DNA of 64,000 nucleotides from Eledone cirrhosa (lineage: Eukaryota), in NCBI GenBank assembly GCA_964016885.1, contig OZ024746.1, positions 56,668,001 through 56,732,000 on the forward strand, in the 5' to 3' direction. This document shows positions 26,208 through 40,324 of this stretch, in pieces (the first letter of the stretch is position 1; each line of letters starts with the position of its first letter). The position numbers were made by a program, and so were the translations under genes. Below the pieces are notes generated by a model. The model was not told the DNA's origin, ran no database searches, and saw nothing but the letters and a program-made list of their open reading frames with translations.

Positions 26208-29200
26208 GCTTTCTTTATTAACCACAAGGGTTAACATAAAGTATACATTAAGGACAGTACAGGACAATACAGGACGGTACAAATGGGCATTTCTGCGTGT
26301 AAAAAAAAACAGATGTAATAAAAAATAACAATGAAAAGTTCCCCAATAGGGGGAAGACTTCCGAAGGACATTTGTGGATAAAGCCCATTAAAAGACCACA
26401 GTGACCCTGACCACCAGGGCAAGTGCCATCTCCCAGTTTTCCACCATTAATTTACAGACACATACTCAAAGTAGGCCCGTTCACTCGGGCCATACTTACT
26501 TCTCTCACCCATCTTTCAAAAAAATGCTGGGAAGAGAGCACATCCCTCTCTACCCTGATTTTCCTTTTCAAATGAAATTTGAAAGAGTTAATCAAGGCAT
26601 CACCGAAGAGGTAAGTGCTCGTCTTCAGCCCTTTCAAACGTGTCCACCATACTATCTCTTTCGCCATGGCCACCAGACAGATAAAAACTGCCTGCCCTCC
26701 CCGGCGAAAGGAAGAGGGCGGGGCAATCCTCACGATGGACTCAGCTGATAGCTGGATCCGTCCTACACGTGACAGCAGGTGTTCGACATAAACCCACAAG
26801 TCAGCAATGATCGGACATTGGACGAATGCGTGCAGGACGGTTTCGTTGCCCTGCGCTCATCTCGGACATATCAGGCTGACTGCACCTCCATGCCTGTAGA
26901 GTTTATCCCGAACTGGCAAGGCTCCTCGGTAGCACTGCCAGGCCAGGGATTTCTGGAAGTTGTCCATATGCACCAGCCCGAAACTCCTTCCGAAGAGATT
27001 GGCTAGTTGATTTTCGTCGACGCCTAGAGTTTCTCCAAGTACGTCGTAGCACTTCCCCTCCACTAATCCTCTATAGAACGCCAAGGTGGAATTTCAACCG
27101 ATCACATTGCCCGATTGGTCGAGGGCTGTGAGCGCCTGAAGACATTCCAGTCTCCAAGCGATCCCTCTCGGTCTTCGCTTGACCCAGGACAGCAGCTCCG
27201 TCAAGGAGACGAGCTGGGGAAAGACGTGTCTAGCAAACGGCGACCACACCTGATCACCATCGAGGAAGAGGCGGAGATGTCGTAGCCTGAACCCGTGTCT
27301 GCGCATCATCATCCACGGCATGCCCAGCCCTCCACATAGCAGGTGTTGACAGCAGATGGACCGCCTGACCATCGGAGCGCTTCCCTTCCACAAAAAGCAA
27401 AAGAGCAAACGCTCCAGCGCAGTCAGGCGGGGCTTAGGACAAGGTACGACGGTCAGGTGGTAGTAGATGACGGACGCGATGTACGCGTTAGTCACCTCCG
27501 CTCGACCTTTCAGGGATAGCTTCCTCTCGGCCCATTTCTGGGTGAGAGAAACCACCCTGCTCGTCACCTCGTCCCAGTGTTTGTTCGTCTGGAGGTCCGA
27601 ACCGAACCAGATTCCTAGCAATTTAACCGGTCCGTCCGTCCAGCGCCCGCCGACGCTGTTGGATGGCATAGACCTGCCTCTCCAGGTGCCGAACTGCAGG
27701 ACCACAGCATTTTCTTGGTTGATCATTGCTCCTGTCACCGCTTCGTATTCTCTTAGTGTAGTGCCGATAACCTCAATGTGTTTGGCGTTCGACACCACTA
27801 CGGTGACATCGTCCGCGTATGCTGACACGGATGTTCCGCATCCTAGTTCGCACGGGACCCCCTCAACGTCTCCAGTTTGTGCAGTAATGGCTCGAGAATC
27901 GATACGTACAAGAGGGACGAGAGGGGAAATCCTTGGCGGACCGAGCCCATGATGTTGAACGGTTCCGAAAGGTGACCGTTCACTCTCACCACAGAGCAGA
28001 TGTCGCTGTGCATGGCAGCGATCCAGCCTCTGAAGAGGGGCCCAAAGCCAGCCGCCCTCAGGACTTCCGCTAGGCAACGATGGTCGACCCTATCGAAAGC
28101 TTTCGACAGATCTAAATTCATCAAGGACCCACCAGTGCAAGGTTCCCTTGCTACCCTCTCTACGATGTATCGCATGAGGGGGAGGTTGTCGTGGATGGAT
28201 CTGTCGGGAATGGCGCATGTCTGCGCCTCTCCCACTAGACCATCAACGACAAGCGCCAACCTCTTTGCTAGCACCTTGGTCAAAATCTTGAACTCTGTGT
28301 TTAGCAGAGTTATGGGCCTGAAATTATCTATGTTATCCCCCTTGTTCGGATCCTTTCTCAGCAGCGGCACAGCACCTCGGCTCACAGAGCTGGGAATTCT
28401 CCCGTTCTGTTGCCAGTTGCAGTAGACGTCCGCCAAGAGGCCACCAAACAGGTCTGGCATCTGTACGTAAAGTTCATAGTGCAGACCATTCAGCTAGTCA
28501 TTGCCTCCCGTTCTTCAGCGGCTGTTATCGGCTTTTCGCAACACCCCGCCTCAGTGGCCGAGAGCCGCGGCAGTCCGTCGAGGGAGACACTACAGTCCAT
28601 CCCTCGATCCAGCCCGCCGCTGCCCCCGAACAGCTGTGCGAAGTGTCGCTGAAAAGCTTCACACATTTTCCCCGGATCGAGTAGCATGCGTCCGTCGTGG
28701 TCCACCAAAGACCGAATCGTGGCTTTGTTGCCACGACGCGCCTCCGCCACTCGTGCTCATTGAACGGCTTTCGTCCCCTCGTGTCTGAGAGCACGCACCC
28801 TAGCTCTGATAACGCAGCCTTCGTGATTTGCATTGAAGAATTGGTCAAGGGCCAATTTCGCCGCAGGTACGTCGGTCGCGATGTCTTTGCTAAGCGCCTA
28901 GTCTAATTTTCTAACTAATTCTCTCTCTGCTCTATTTTTCTCTATTGCTAAAGCCTTACTAAGCCTAATGGACTCTATTATAATTGCTCTTTTGAGAGCA
29001 AACCACCACTTGTTGTTGACGATGGACCCGTCAACGCCCTCTTAACTACTTCGCTAATCCGGACTCTGTAGGCTTTGCGCGCTGGTAAGGACGCATTTAG
29101 CTTCCAGTAGCCGGGTCCGCGTCTATGAAGCCTATCTAAGTCAAGCACACAGATCAGGAATGTGTGGTCCGTGTAGCTGACTATCTTGAATTGTGGACAG

Positions 29201-32016
29201 CCTATGCTAGACCTATCTATTTCCCTACAAAATACTCTATCTAGATATGATCTGGATGACCCTATGCGATTTATCCAAGTCCACATTGGCACATTCGGGA
29301 AATTCAATCGGTACCTGTCAGACAGTTCAAAATGCCTGAGCAGGTTGGTGAGACTCTTGCACCCTCCTCCTCTATCCGCTAATCCCACACAATCCCAGCG
29401 TGCATCTAAGATCCCGTTCCAGTCGCCCACTAACACTAAAGAGCGGGACGTTCCAAGAAAGGTCTCCAGACGCCGGAAGAAATCAGGCCGCCCTGCTCCT
29501 CTCGGGGCATAGACGGCCACTAGCCGGAAAGCTTGCCCGTCTCCGCGGGTCACGTCCAGCACCACCAACTTACCTTCTAGGGTCCAGGAAGATGGCCCGT
29601 ATGGCGTGATCCAAACCTCTCGGAAAAAGCACAGCAAATCCTCCCACCGATCCAGGACGGCTGGGAGATGCGTACACATCGTAGCCGCCGAAGATCGGTG
29701 CGAAGGCCCGTGCTTCGGAGATTCTGGTCTCGCTGATGGCCACTGCATCTATGTTAATGACCTGAGGTCGTTGAGCAGGTGGCCCTGCTTCCATGACGAC
29801 CTCCAAGCCAGCGCATTTATGCTGCCTATTCTGAGTGAGGTCATGTTAAAATGGAGTGGAAAAGATGGGAAAGACCACTTACCTTATTTCTCGTAGAGGA
29901 AGGACGCTTTCTCCATCCTTTTCACTGCTTGTGGCCTCCTCAGGAAGGATGTCCTTATAAATCCTCCTGGAGAGTGCTTGTCGGAAGTCTCCGATGTCTT
30001 TGGGGAATTTTTGTTTCAGTGTCATGTACGTTTTCTGTGTGATGCGAGTGATTTGTATGTGTGGAGGTGGTGTGAACTTTTAGGTTGTTGTGTAGTCTTT
30101 TTCTGTGATGTTGGTGTTGTGTTGAATGTAGTGTAATAATTGGTTGTTGTTCAAATTTAATGCTGTGTAGTGTGTATCGTTTTGGTTGTTTTGTTTTTTT
30201 TGCGTTTGTTGTGGGTTTGTTTCTGTTTCGCTTTTTGGTGACTTTTGTGGTGTAGGTGATGGTGGTGTTGGGGTTAATGATGGTGATGGTGTTGGTGTTT
30301 GGAGTGATGGGATTGGTGATGCTGGTGTGGATGGTGGCATATATGTCCTAACCTTTTTGTCTGATAGTTTATTTGTTTCCCTCTGTATTTTGTTTTTAGA
30401 GGGGGAAGGAAGAGAATTTTTTCTTTTTTGGTCCTTTTCTCTTTTTTTCTGATACCTTTTCCCACTCCTCGTCGTCACAATCTGTCTCCAATTGTGATAG
30501 GCCGGTGAGTGGAAAATCCTCCACAGGCGTTAGTTTTGGTTGTGGCGTGGTGGATGGTGTAGGCGCTGGTGCTAATTCTGGCGCGTTGGGTGGTGGTGGT
30601 GTTGGTTTTGCTACTGTTGCTGGGGTTGTTGCTGTTACATTTGCATCTGTTGTTGCTGCCATCTCTGCTGCTGGTGGCGTTGATGGTTGAGTCACTGGGG
30701 TGGGCAGGAGAGGTGGCCTCAACCTTTTAGCCTGAGGGCAGAAAGCCCTTAGGTGGGTTCCTTCACCACAAACGACACACCTAGGCCTTCTGCCCTCGAC
30801 AATTACGATGAGGTGGCTGCCGTCAGTGAGGTCTATTTCCTCTGGGATCTCCTCAATGCTTTTTTGGTCCGCTTGGATCAAGAGCTCCATCCCAGATTTG
30901 GACCAGTTCTCCTGCTTCTCTTTCGCTATTTCGATTATCTTGGTGTTGGCTTCGATGCCGGCGAGGTCGGCCGCTATTAGCCAGGGAATTTCGATGTCCG
31001 GTGGAACGTGGGTGACCCTGATCTTTACGAGTCTCTAGGCCACACTAGCTTGGGACGAGTGTGAAGTTGTCACTTCTTAATGGGGCCATGGAGTGTTCTC
31101 TAGCCTCCTGTGGTGTTTCGTAAACACGCCCACGGTTCCATACTTCTGCCCACGTTTGATGTGGTTTTTTTTTTGCCCACACATGTCCCAAAGCTTTTTG
31201 GATTTGGGACTCGGATGCCCGTTCCACTCGGCGCGATTTTATATTAATTGTTCGATAAGACACGGTGCATAGGCGCAGATGCTCCATTTTATCAGATGTG
31301 TGTGTGTGTGTGTGTGGGGGGGGGGGGGGGGCTCACCATGTATCCATCTTTCTTTACCATATTTTGGGCTTCTTCTAATTCCTCCTAAGTTACCTGAAAT
31401 GCTTCGCACTGTTTTGCTACTCTGGCAAAACTCACGCTGGTTTCCTTAGTGTCATTGTTTCTGTTGTTGTTATCGTTATTTTTGTTATTATTAATTTTAG
31501 TTTCAGTTGTGGTGGTGGTGGCGTCAGTGGTGTTCGGTGTGGAAAAGTTGATTTTGGTTGAATTCATTTCGATATCACGAGTTAATTTATTTTTTTCTTT
31601 TGTTTCTGTTGTCGCGGTGGTGGTGGTGGTGGTGGCGGCTTTAACACCTGCAGTCATTGGTAATGGCGGGAAATGAATGTCTGCCTGAGACAAATTTAAA
31701 ATATTGCTACTGCTTATATTATTAGTGTTGGCAAACGTAGTAATATTTACAATGGTCGTGTCGGTGTTAGTTTGTGAGAAAGGAGTGACTCTGAGTCAGC
31801 GATGATGTTTCAAATAAAAATTGTTGTTCGATAATTATAAAATTTTGAATGTTGGGCTAAAGGCCACAATCTTTTTGGGTGTCCTTTTCAGATAACAATG
31901 TATGTGCACCTATATACAGTTAACAATAAAATTTTCCATGAATGGCAATTTTGAACAACTGGAAATAACAAACCTTTGCGGAGCTCACGATGATACGATT
32001 TCCTACGTAGCTCGCC
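26208..32016 (-). mobile_element. Full-length Tx1/L1-like LINE, copy 2, tandem head-to-tail with copy 1, more degraded
   Basis: Collinear with copy 1 throughout. The 5' end is GGCGAGCTACGTAG, and (AAT)n lies at 26154-26207 and 32017-32061. Confidence 0.95.
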
Positions 32017-32061
<45 letters not shown>

Positions 32062-32230
32062 TTTGGATCAGAAATGATATAGTCGAAAAAGAGGAAAATG
32101 GCAAAATGGCTAAATAATTTCCCCACTACCGCCACGATCACCACTACCACGCGAAAAACTCTAGTCAAGTTACCTCAACTTCTATTTCTACTTCAACGTC
32201 AACACCATCATCACTACAGTACTACGATCA

Positions 32231-32367
32231 CATCACCACCACCATTATCGCTACCGCCGCTATTGTCTCCCACTACCTCCTGCTAAGTACTACTAGCACA
32301 TCACCACCACCACCACTGCCTCATTATCGCTACCGTCGCTATTCTCTCCCACTACCTCCTGCTAAGA
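32231..32367. repeat. Short tandem duplication (about 60 bp, two copies)
   Basis: CATTATCGCTACCG.CGCTATT.TCTCCC..ACTACCTCCTGCTAAG occurs twice. Confidence 0.8.
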
Positions 32368-32689
32368 GATGCATCGTAGTACCCCCACTAAAAGAGGAAG
32401 GCATCAAAAGATATAAATAGACTGATTTGATGACCCGGTCAAAAAATCAAAAAACCAAAAATCAAAATCAAAACAGCACAGCAACAACGAAAATTGTAAA
32501 GAAAAGTAAAATGAAAAGAAAAACAAACAGACAGATAGGAGAAAAAAAACTAAGTCAGACATTCAAACATTACATTACAATGAAACTTATGCTTATTCTT
32601 TTTTGTTTTGTTTTTTACCTGTTTGATAGTTTGTTTATTTATGTTAGTCTACAGCGTGATAGTGCCACACACAAATCACCGGGAGTGAT

Positions 32690-35600
32690 GAAATCACCGG
32701 TGGTTATGTAACCATACATTCACCAATCCCCGATAAGAGTGTTTAAATGTCGAACCTAAACAGTTCGAATAACGGTGAAGTGGAGACTAGAATGTCATGT
32801 GACAGACTCTCACCCAGCAGGTGCTCCCTGGCTCAGCAGCAGGGACCTGGCTGTCAACCAAATACTGCTGGTGTCGGAGGAAGAAGAAGAAGGAAAGGGA
32901 CCAGAACCAACTGGACGAAAGAATTGAATAGATCTGTTATGCAATGTTACCTGAAGGGTAACCCCAAGGAGAAAGGCTATAGGAAACGGATGCATAACAT
33001 CTGGAACGAGATTGGTCTATTTAAATTAGATGAACAAAAATTGGCCGGGCAGGCTCGGGTAATAAGAACTAATGGGTGGATAAGCGAGCTGGAACTGTAG
33101 GAACTGAGCAGAGAGATTATGTTGGAAATGAAGAGTGGAGTATGCCAGGCAAACGAGCCAATGGGAAATGAAGGTGAAGAGGTTGAGAGAACGGAGGAAC
33201 CATCCAAAGCAGACAATGATCTGAATGCTGAAATAAATAATACCTGGAACAAAGATACGGCCATTGAGGAGATGAAATCTGACGGGCTAGGACAAGATTT
33301 GGTTGATATCCTAAACTTAGTGGTAGATGAATTTAACAATGATAGTGGGAAACCTATGAACCTAAGATTTGTAGACAGGAAAAAGTTAAAAGAAACAAAA
33401 GCTAAGGTAAACAAAGTCATCCCATACCTTGAGGCGAGGAGCCTTCACCAGTGCAACAATTGTTTCTACTTTAGGCACAAGGCCAGCAATTACCCAGTGC
33501 ATTACTGGTACTTTATTTTATCGACCCCGTAAGGATGAAAGGCAAAGTCAACCTCGGCGGGATTTGAACTCAGATCGTAAAGGGACGTAACTATGCTGGA
33601 AAGCATGGCGTCCGACCCTCTACCGATACTACCAATCCACCGCCCTGTGCAACAATATCCTCAAAGCAACAGCAAATGCGGTGAGGAAATTACTTGGTAT
33701 AAAAGCGAGAGGAAACAACAAACAAGAAATATCAGAGCCTTGGTGGAAGAAACGACTGAATGGTCAAATCAGGGAAATGACAAATAACATTGTAAAGCTT
33801 GAGTCACTACTGAATGGGACACTAAAAAACATAGACACTAAACATAGACTGGAAATAAAGTACAAAACTAGGAGGAAAAAGCTAAATATTATCATAGAGG
33901 AACTGAAGCAACGCATTGTAGCAAAGAGTGCAAAGATTAGGCGATACGAGAGCAGAGTCAGTATAGACAGAACCGCATGTTGACAACAACCAGAAGATGC
34001 TGTTTGGAAAGCTTGAAGGGAAAGAAAGAGGCAACAACATGGTCCCTGAGGCGCAACAAACTAAAATATTCTGGAGAGGAATATGGGAGCAGGATGTTGA
34101 ACATAATGATCAGGCAGTGTGGATTGAGACAATACAGAAGGAGATTAGTGAACAGGCACACCAACAAACTGATTTGAGTATCACAGTTGAAACTCTTAAG
34201 GGACAGGCCAAAAAACTAACCAACTGGAAATCACCAGGCCCAGATGGTGTGCAGGGGTATTGGATTAAAAATATAACATCGCTCCACCCCAAACTGACAA
34301 CCATCTTCAATGACTGCTTGATGTCAGGTGAGGTACCAGAGTGGTTGACAAAAGGTACTGCAGTTCTGGTAATGAAAGACCGAATCAAGAGTAATGATGT
34401 TACCAACTATAGACCTATCACATGTCTGTCCGTAATGTGGAAACTGTTGACAAGCATTATGTCTGAGGAAATCTACCATCACCTCCACACAAACAACTTA
34501 TTACCGGACGAACAGAAAGGATGCCGAAAGAAGTTCCGTGGTACAAAGGACCAGTTACTTATTGATAAGATGGTAATGAGGAATTGTAAGAGGAGACACA
34601 CTGGTCTTGACATCGGATGGATAGACTACAAAAAGGCATTTGACATGGTGCCTCATTCTTGGATCACCAAAAGACTAGAGATCTTCAAGGTGGCATATAA
34701 CATCAGACAGTTGTTGGGCAAAAGTATGAAGTCCTGGAAAACAGAGTTAACATCAGCTGGAAAATCCTTGGGAGGCGTCAATATCAAGAGAGGTATCTTC
34801 CAGGGAGATAGTCTGTCCCCTCTGTTGTTTGTCCTTGCCCTGACACCCCTGACCATTATACTGCGAAAAGTGAGAGCAGGATACAAGTTGGGAAAGGGAG
34901 AGCTTACCATCAATCACCTCCTCTTCATGGACGATCTTAAGATCTTCGGGAAGAGTGAGAAGGAGTTGGATGTGCTTGTTGACACTGTCCGTATTTTCAG
35001 CAATGATATATGTATGCAATTTGATATTAGTAGGTGTGGAGTCCTTGTGATGAAGAGGGGTAAATTGAGCAGAAGCAACGGAATCCAGGTAACATCAGGT
35101 GAGATGATAAAGGAAATTGACACTGAAGAAGGATACAAGTATTTGGGTGTTCTGGAGGCTGATGACATCAAGAACAAAAAAATGAAGGAATTGATAAGAT
35201 CTGAATACATTCGGAGATTAAGGAGCGTATTAAAGTCACATCTGAACAATAGGAATGCCATAAGTGCAGTAAATTCCCGTAATGTGTCTATTATTAGGTA
35301 CAGTGCGTGAATTCTGACATGGAATGTTGCTGAACCAAAGGAAATGGATAGGAAGACTAGGAAGCTATTGACTATCTACAACATGTTCCACAAGAGGAGT
35401 GATGTTGATAGACTCTACTTAAGGAGATCTGAAGGTGGAAGAGGTCTTATCAGCATAGAGGACTGTTTTCTGATGGAGAAAAGCAACCTACACAAATACG
35501 TAACTGATAGTAAGGAGTCAATGCCCAGAAATGTACTGAAGGAGTGGACAATAGACCAGGGTATGTCCAAGGAGGAAATAATAACAAGGAGAAAGAGCAG

Positions 35601-36442
35601 CCTTCATGAAAAATCCCTTCATAGTACCTTCTTTGAGAAAACTGAATTCAGAGATCCACAGACATGGAACTGGTTGAAAAGAGGAGACCTTAAAAAGTCT
35701 ACAGAAGGAATGTTAATGGCTGCGCAAGAGCAGGCCCTCAAAACGAAGTGGTTGAAAAACCATATTTACAAGGAGGAGGCTAGCCCACTGTGCCGGATCT
35801 GTGGAGAGAGAGAGAGGAGACTGTGGCTCACATTGTATCCGAGTGTAAACACCTAGCCCAGACTCACTATAAGGGCTGGAGACATGATGTGATGGGCAGG
35901 GTGATCCACTGGCACCTATGCAAAGTAAACAATTTACCACATTCTGAGAAGTGGTATGAGCATAAGCCAAAGTCGGTGATAGAAAACGATCAGGTGAACG
36001 TGCTGTGGGATTTTAGAATACAGACGAACAAGAAACTGGAACACAATAAACCTGACCTGGTGGTTTTGGACAAAGAAAAAAGATCGTGCCTGATTGTGGA
36101 TGTGGCCTGCCCATTCGACACGAGAGTGCAAGAGAAGGAGAGGGAGAAAATTAACCGATACCAGGACTTAAAGTGTGAGTTAAAAAGGATTTGGTACTGC
36201 CATAAAGTCAAAGAGGTCCCGATTGTCATAAGCGCACTAGGTACTATCTCAAAAAGTTTCCAGGGATGGTTAAAGAAAATTGGCCCTTTCACGCTTTTTG
36301 GAACGCTTCAAAAGGCATGCTTGCTGGGAACAGCAAGAACCCTCCGATACGTCCTGAATAAGTGAGGCTGCAGGTAGTGGCTTGATATTGGTTTTAAAAA
36401 ACTTTCCAGTTAACTAACATCAATGACTGAGACTCAAAGAAC
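32690..36442 (+). mobile_element. R4/Dong-type non-LTR retrotransposon (RT plus CCHC plus restriction-like endonuclease)
   Basis: A single ancestral ORF spans 32747-36365 with WTKELN, WKSPGPDG, YRPITCL, EQKGC, DYKKAFD, GIFQGDSLSP, FMDD, CRIC..ETVAHIVSEC, RHD, KPDLVV..DVACP..EKINRYQDL. It ends in an (AAT)n-rich tail. The 5' boundary is uncertain. Confidence 0.92.
33461..33646 (-). mobile_element. tRNA-derived SINE inserted in the Dong-type ORF, 10 bp TSD
   Basis: GTGCAACAAT occurs at 33451-33460 and 33647-33656. A B-box (GAGTTCAAATCC) is on the minus strand. Same family as the 40.9-42 kb array. Confidence 0.93.
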
Positions 36443-36547
36443 AATAATAATAAAAATAATAATGATAACAACAAAAACAACAGCAACAACACCAACAACA
36501 ACAATAATGATAATAATAATAATAATAAAAACAACAACAATAATAAT

Positions 36548-37020
36548 GGTTTTGTGGAACTTTAGCATCCAAACTGACCTAAAAATACGTTTCAGATGGA
36601 CCTGATAAAATACTGAAGGTCTTTGAAAAGAGGGTATGCCTGCTATTTGATATGTCCGTTCCAATAGACAAGAATGTATCTATAAAACATTTTAAAAATT
36701 GAGCAAGTTTAAAGATCTGGAGATAGCGATTGGAAAAATGTGGAAGTTGAGAACTAAAACAATACCAGTTGTTGTATGCGGTCTAGGAATGATACTTATC
36801 CCAAATCCCAGGTAACGCACGTATAGAAGAAATATGGGAACTGCCCATATACTGAGGAAGATACTGTCAATATAACACCTAAAGATAATAAACACCTAAA
36901 GATACATGTGTGTGTGTATGTGTTCTCTCTTGAACATGGTGGACCTTGTTGTCTCTTGAGGTCACTGGTTTTGACTTGGTGATAACTCATTTGAACATAA
37001 AGCAAGACAAATGAAAAACA
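36548..37020 (+). mobile_element. 3' fragment of a second R4/Dong-type element
   Basis: Translates as VLWNFSIQTD, LLFDMSVPIDKNVSIK and KLSKFKDLEIAIGKMWKLRTKTIPVVVCGLGMI, followed by a 3' UTR. Confidence 0.8.
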
Positions 37021-37034
37021 AAAAATAATAATGA

Positions 37035-37350
37035 TTTAATTTTTTGGCCACAAGGGCCGATATATATGGTACAATACGAAGACACGGATAGTGGGGGTTT
37101 ACAATAAGCTAGAGTAAAAGTGCACAATGGCAAGACTAATTTAACAATGAATATATAAAATAAACTATTCATAAACATAACCAAATAAATCCCCCAATAG
37201 TGTTGTGGCACCCCACCAATCCTTAACCACACGGTGCATCTAGGGCACCCGGGGAGAAAACCCCTCTCCTACTCAAATTAACCAGCTTACAGCCGCATAT
37301 TCAGAGCAGGCCCACTCACACAGGCCATTCTTGCCACATTCCACCGCCTT
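37035..37350 (-). mobile_element. 3' end fragment of a diverged Tx1-like relative
   Basis: TTACAGCCGCATATTCAGAGCAGGCCCACTCACACAGGCCATTCTTGC, CCCCCAATAG and CCACAAGGG match the ORF2 end and 3' UTR of copies 1-3. Confidence 0.7.
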
Positions 37351-37634
37351 TTAGCAAATAATTTCACCGTTCCAAAAAGTACTATAATTCTACCACAACA
37401 AAAATAACAAGAATAGTAATGATATTCATAACGTTATTGACAATCATAATAATAATATCTATTTTAGGCAGAAGACCAACAAATGTATGAGAATGGCAAC
37501 ATAATTGTGTGGTACTTGTATTTATCGAACCTGGAATGATGAAAAGCAAAGTTGACTTCATAACAGTAAAGTGCCAAAACAAAGACAACAGCGTCAGTTT
37601 ATAGGACGCTGAGGGAATCCACCATCCAACAAAA

Positions 37635-38450
37635 AATGTAGTCTTTTTTAATATAGGCATAAGAACAGCAATTTTCCTTTTTATTGGGGGGAGGAGGGGT
37701 CAATTACATCAGCCCTAGTGTGTTACTGGTACCTTATTTTATAGAACTCGGAAGGATGAAACCCAAATTTTACATGTGCGGAATTGAACTATAAACGATA
37801 AGAGCCGAAACTAAATACGGTAAAACTTTAAAACTGATTTTCTAAGAATTCTCCCAACCCATGATCTTTCACATATAGCAATAATACGGTAATAGTTTCA
37901 AATTTAGTCAGAGAATCATTCCGTGAGGATGAAATTCAAATCTGATAGTAAGAATCATTTAGGGCGGTGGATGGCAAGATCGGCAGAACGTAGGACAATG
38001 TTTTGTGGCATATAGTTACGTCCCTTTAGGTTCTGAGTTTCAACACTGCCGAGGCCTTTCATCCTTACGAGAGGGCCTTGTGCCTAAATTAGGAACCATT
38101 ACCGTTATTATTGCTATATGTGCAATATCGTGGATAGGGAGAATTCTTATAACATAGTTACAAGTTTTGTAGTTTTGAAGTATTCATTTTCAGATCTTAC
38201 CATTTTAGTTCAAATCCCGCAGAGGTAAACATTATAATTCTATTTTTTCATAGCTAACCAGGTCACAAGTCGGTCAGGTCCTTTCAAAGACGATATCCAT
38301 CACAAATCTGGGTTTACATTGATCAAAGTATAGTAGAAAAGCACAACAACTATAGATGTAGCAATAGCATATATTGTTTTCGTGAATAATAATTGTTTCT
38401 ACTTTTGGCAAAAGGCCAGCAATTATCCCAGTGTATTACTGGTACTTTGT
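37635..38450. mobile_element. Degraded SINE copies (about 37635-37865 minus, 37960-38100 plus, 38390-38450 minus)
   Basis: Share AGGGCGGTGGAT.GGCAG, CTGAGTT, CCTTTCATCCTTACG and GGCCTTGTGCC blocks with the intact copies. Confidence 0.7.
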
Positions 38451-40324
38451 TTTCGTGAATAATAATGATGTTTTTATTCGGAATAACAGGTCACAACAAG
38501 AAAACATTAAGGACGACACAGGTTGATACCATACGAATCTATGAGATTTTAAAATCCATGAGGGGGGTAAAAATCTACAAACACAATGTTTACATATAAG
38601 ATGCGGTGAATGTTCCAAGGGTTACTTGTGTAGAAAAACCACAAAAACCACGACCACCCTGACCAATAGGAGGAGTGCCCACTCTGAGATGTTCTCCATT
38701 CTACAGGCGTATATTCAGACGATGCTCATTCATTAAGTTCATGCTCATCATTTTCATTCACATTGGCGGGAAGGCAGGACTTCCATCTCCACTTTGACTT
38801 TCCATTTCAAGTGAAAGTGAAAATAAGTTAATCAAAGCTACGCCTGCCTCACATATCCTTTTCCATCATGAACACTAAGCAGATAAAATGTGACTCCCCG
38901 TCCCGTCCAAACGAACGTGGCGGAATTATTTTTTAGTCAGTTTCAGCTATTTGACGGATTCGTCACATAAGCGACCGTATCTCTTTTACAAGTTAGCAAT
39001 CCTCGGACACTACTAATGCATGCACATCGGTTGTCACTCTGCACATATCTCAGAGAAACCAGTAGAGATTATTTTGAGCTAGAAATGATCCCTGTCCCTT
39101 ATCACTGCCAGGCCTGTGATTTCTAGTTTCATCCAGCAGACTTGCGTCGGAAGTTCTCAAAAGTGAGGCGGCTAGGTATTCATCTTCGACGTTCAGATGT
39201 TTTTTCTATAACGTTGTATTTCCCCGCCACTTATCCTATATATAACGCCAACATTTAACGATAGCACTGTCCGTTTTGTAGAGGATAGTAATCGTTTACG
39301 ACTTTCCAGTGTCTAAACGCTCCGTATTGGTCTTTGCGTACCACAGGACTGCTGCTTCATCAATAAAAACGTCTGCGCATCATCATCTATGGTATTATCA
39401 GACCTCTAGGCACAGCTTGTTGGTAGCCATTAGACTGTGACCATTGAAATGCGTGCTTTCTATAAAAGTGAAAGAGCAGGTGCCCGAGTATGGCCGGACA
39501 TGGAACAGAGAGATCGTCTTAGATGACGGAATTGATGTACACATTCGGCACTTCCACCTGATCCGTCAGGAATTGTGTCCACTGGACCCACGTTTTTGTG
39601 AAATTGACACTTCTGATCGTTACTTCGACCCGGCGTTTGTCCATCTAGAGATTTGGACTAAACGAGAACCTGACTAATTTAAAGGACGTCACTCCAGCGT
39701 CCAAGGTAAGTGTCCGTAGGCATGTACATCCCTCTCTATGTACCTAGTCATAGTCCCACCAAAGTTTGCTAGATAACTTTTGTTCCCATCCCCTCCTTTT
39801 AATTCCATCCCAACATTTTACTTAGAGCCGTGAGGATCACCTTGATAACATTAGTGCTCGTAACCATTACATTGATATTGACAGTATATGTTGAAACGAG
39901 CTTCGGTACACATGTTTGTGAGTGACACCCCTCAGCCTATAAAGTGTGCAGAAATGGATCTAGAATCAGTAAATAGAAAAGTAGACAGAAGGGGGCATTA
40001 CTAAACGATCCGAGAACATTATAATGTTGTCATAGGTGTCATTAAATCTGACTAGTGACCAAATGTCACTGTCTATTGTAATCATATATCCTTGACGACA
40101 GACACAAACCGAGCGGCCAGGGGACTGCTTACAAGAACATATGATCGAAAAATAGTTAAATATTTCGATTCATCCAAACTGATCAGGAACTCACCCATGA
40201 TCACTTCTTTACTTAAGCTATCTATCAATGTACTTTATCTGAATGTTGCTACGCTCTCACTGCGCTCTACAAGTCGAGCAATGCGGTTAGTTGAAATTCC
40301 GCTCTAGCGCTCTACAGAGAGCAA

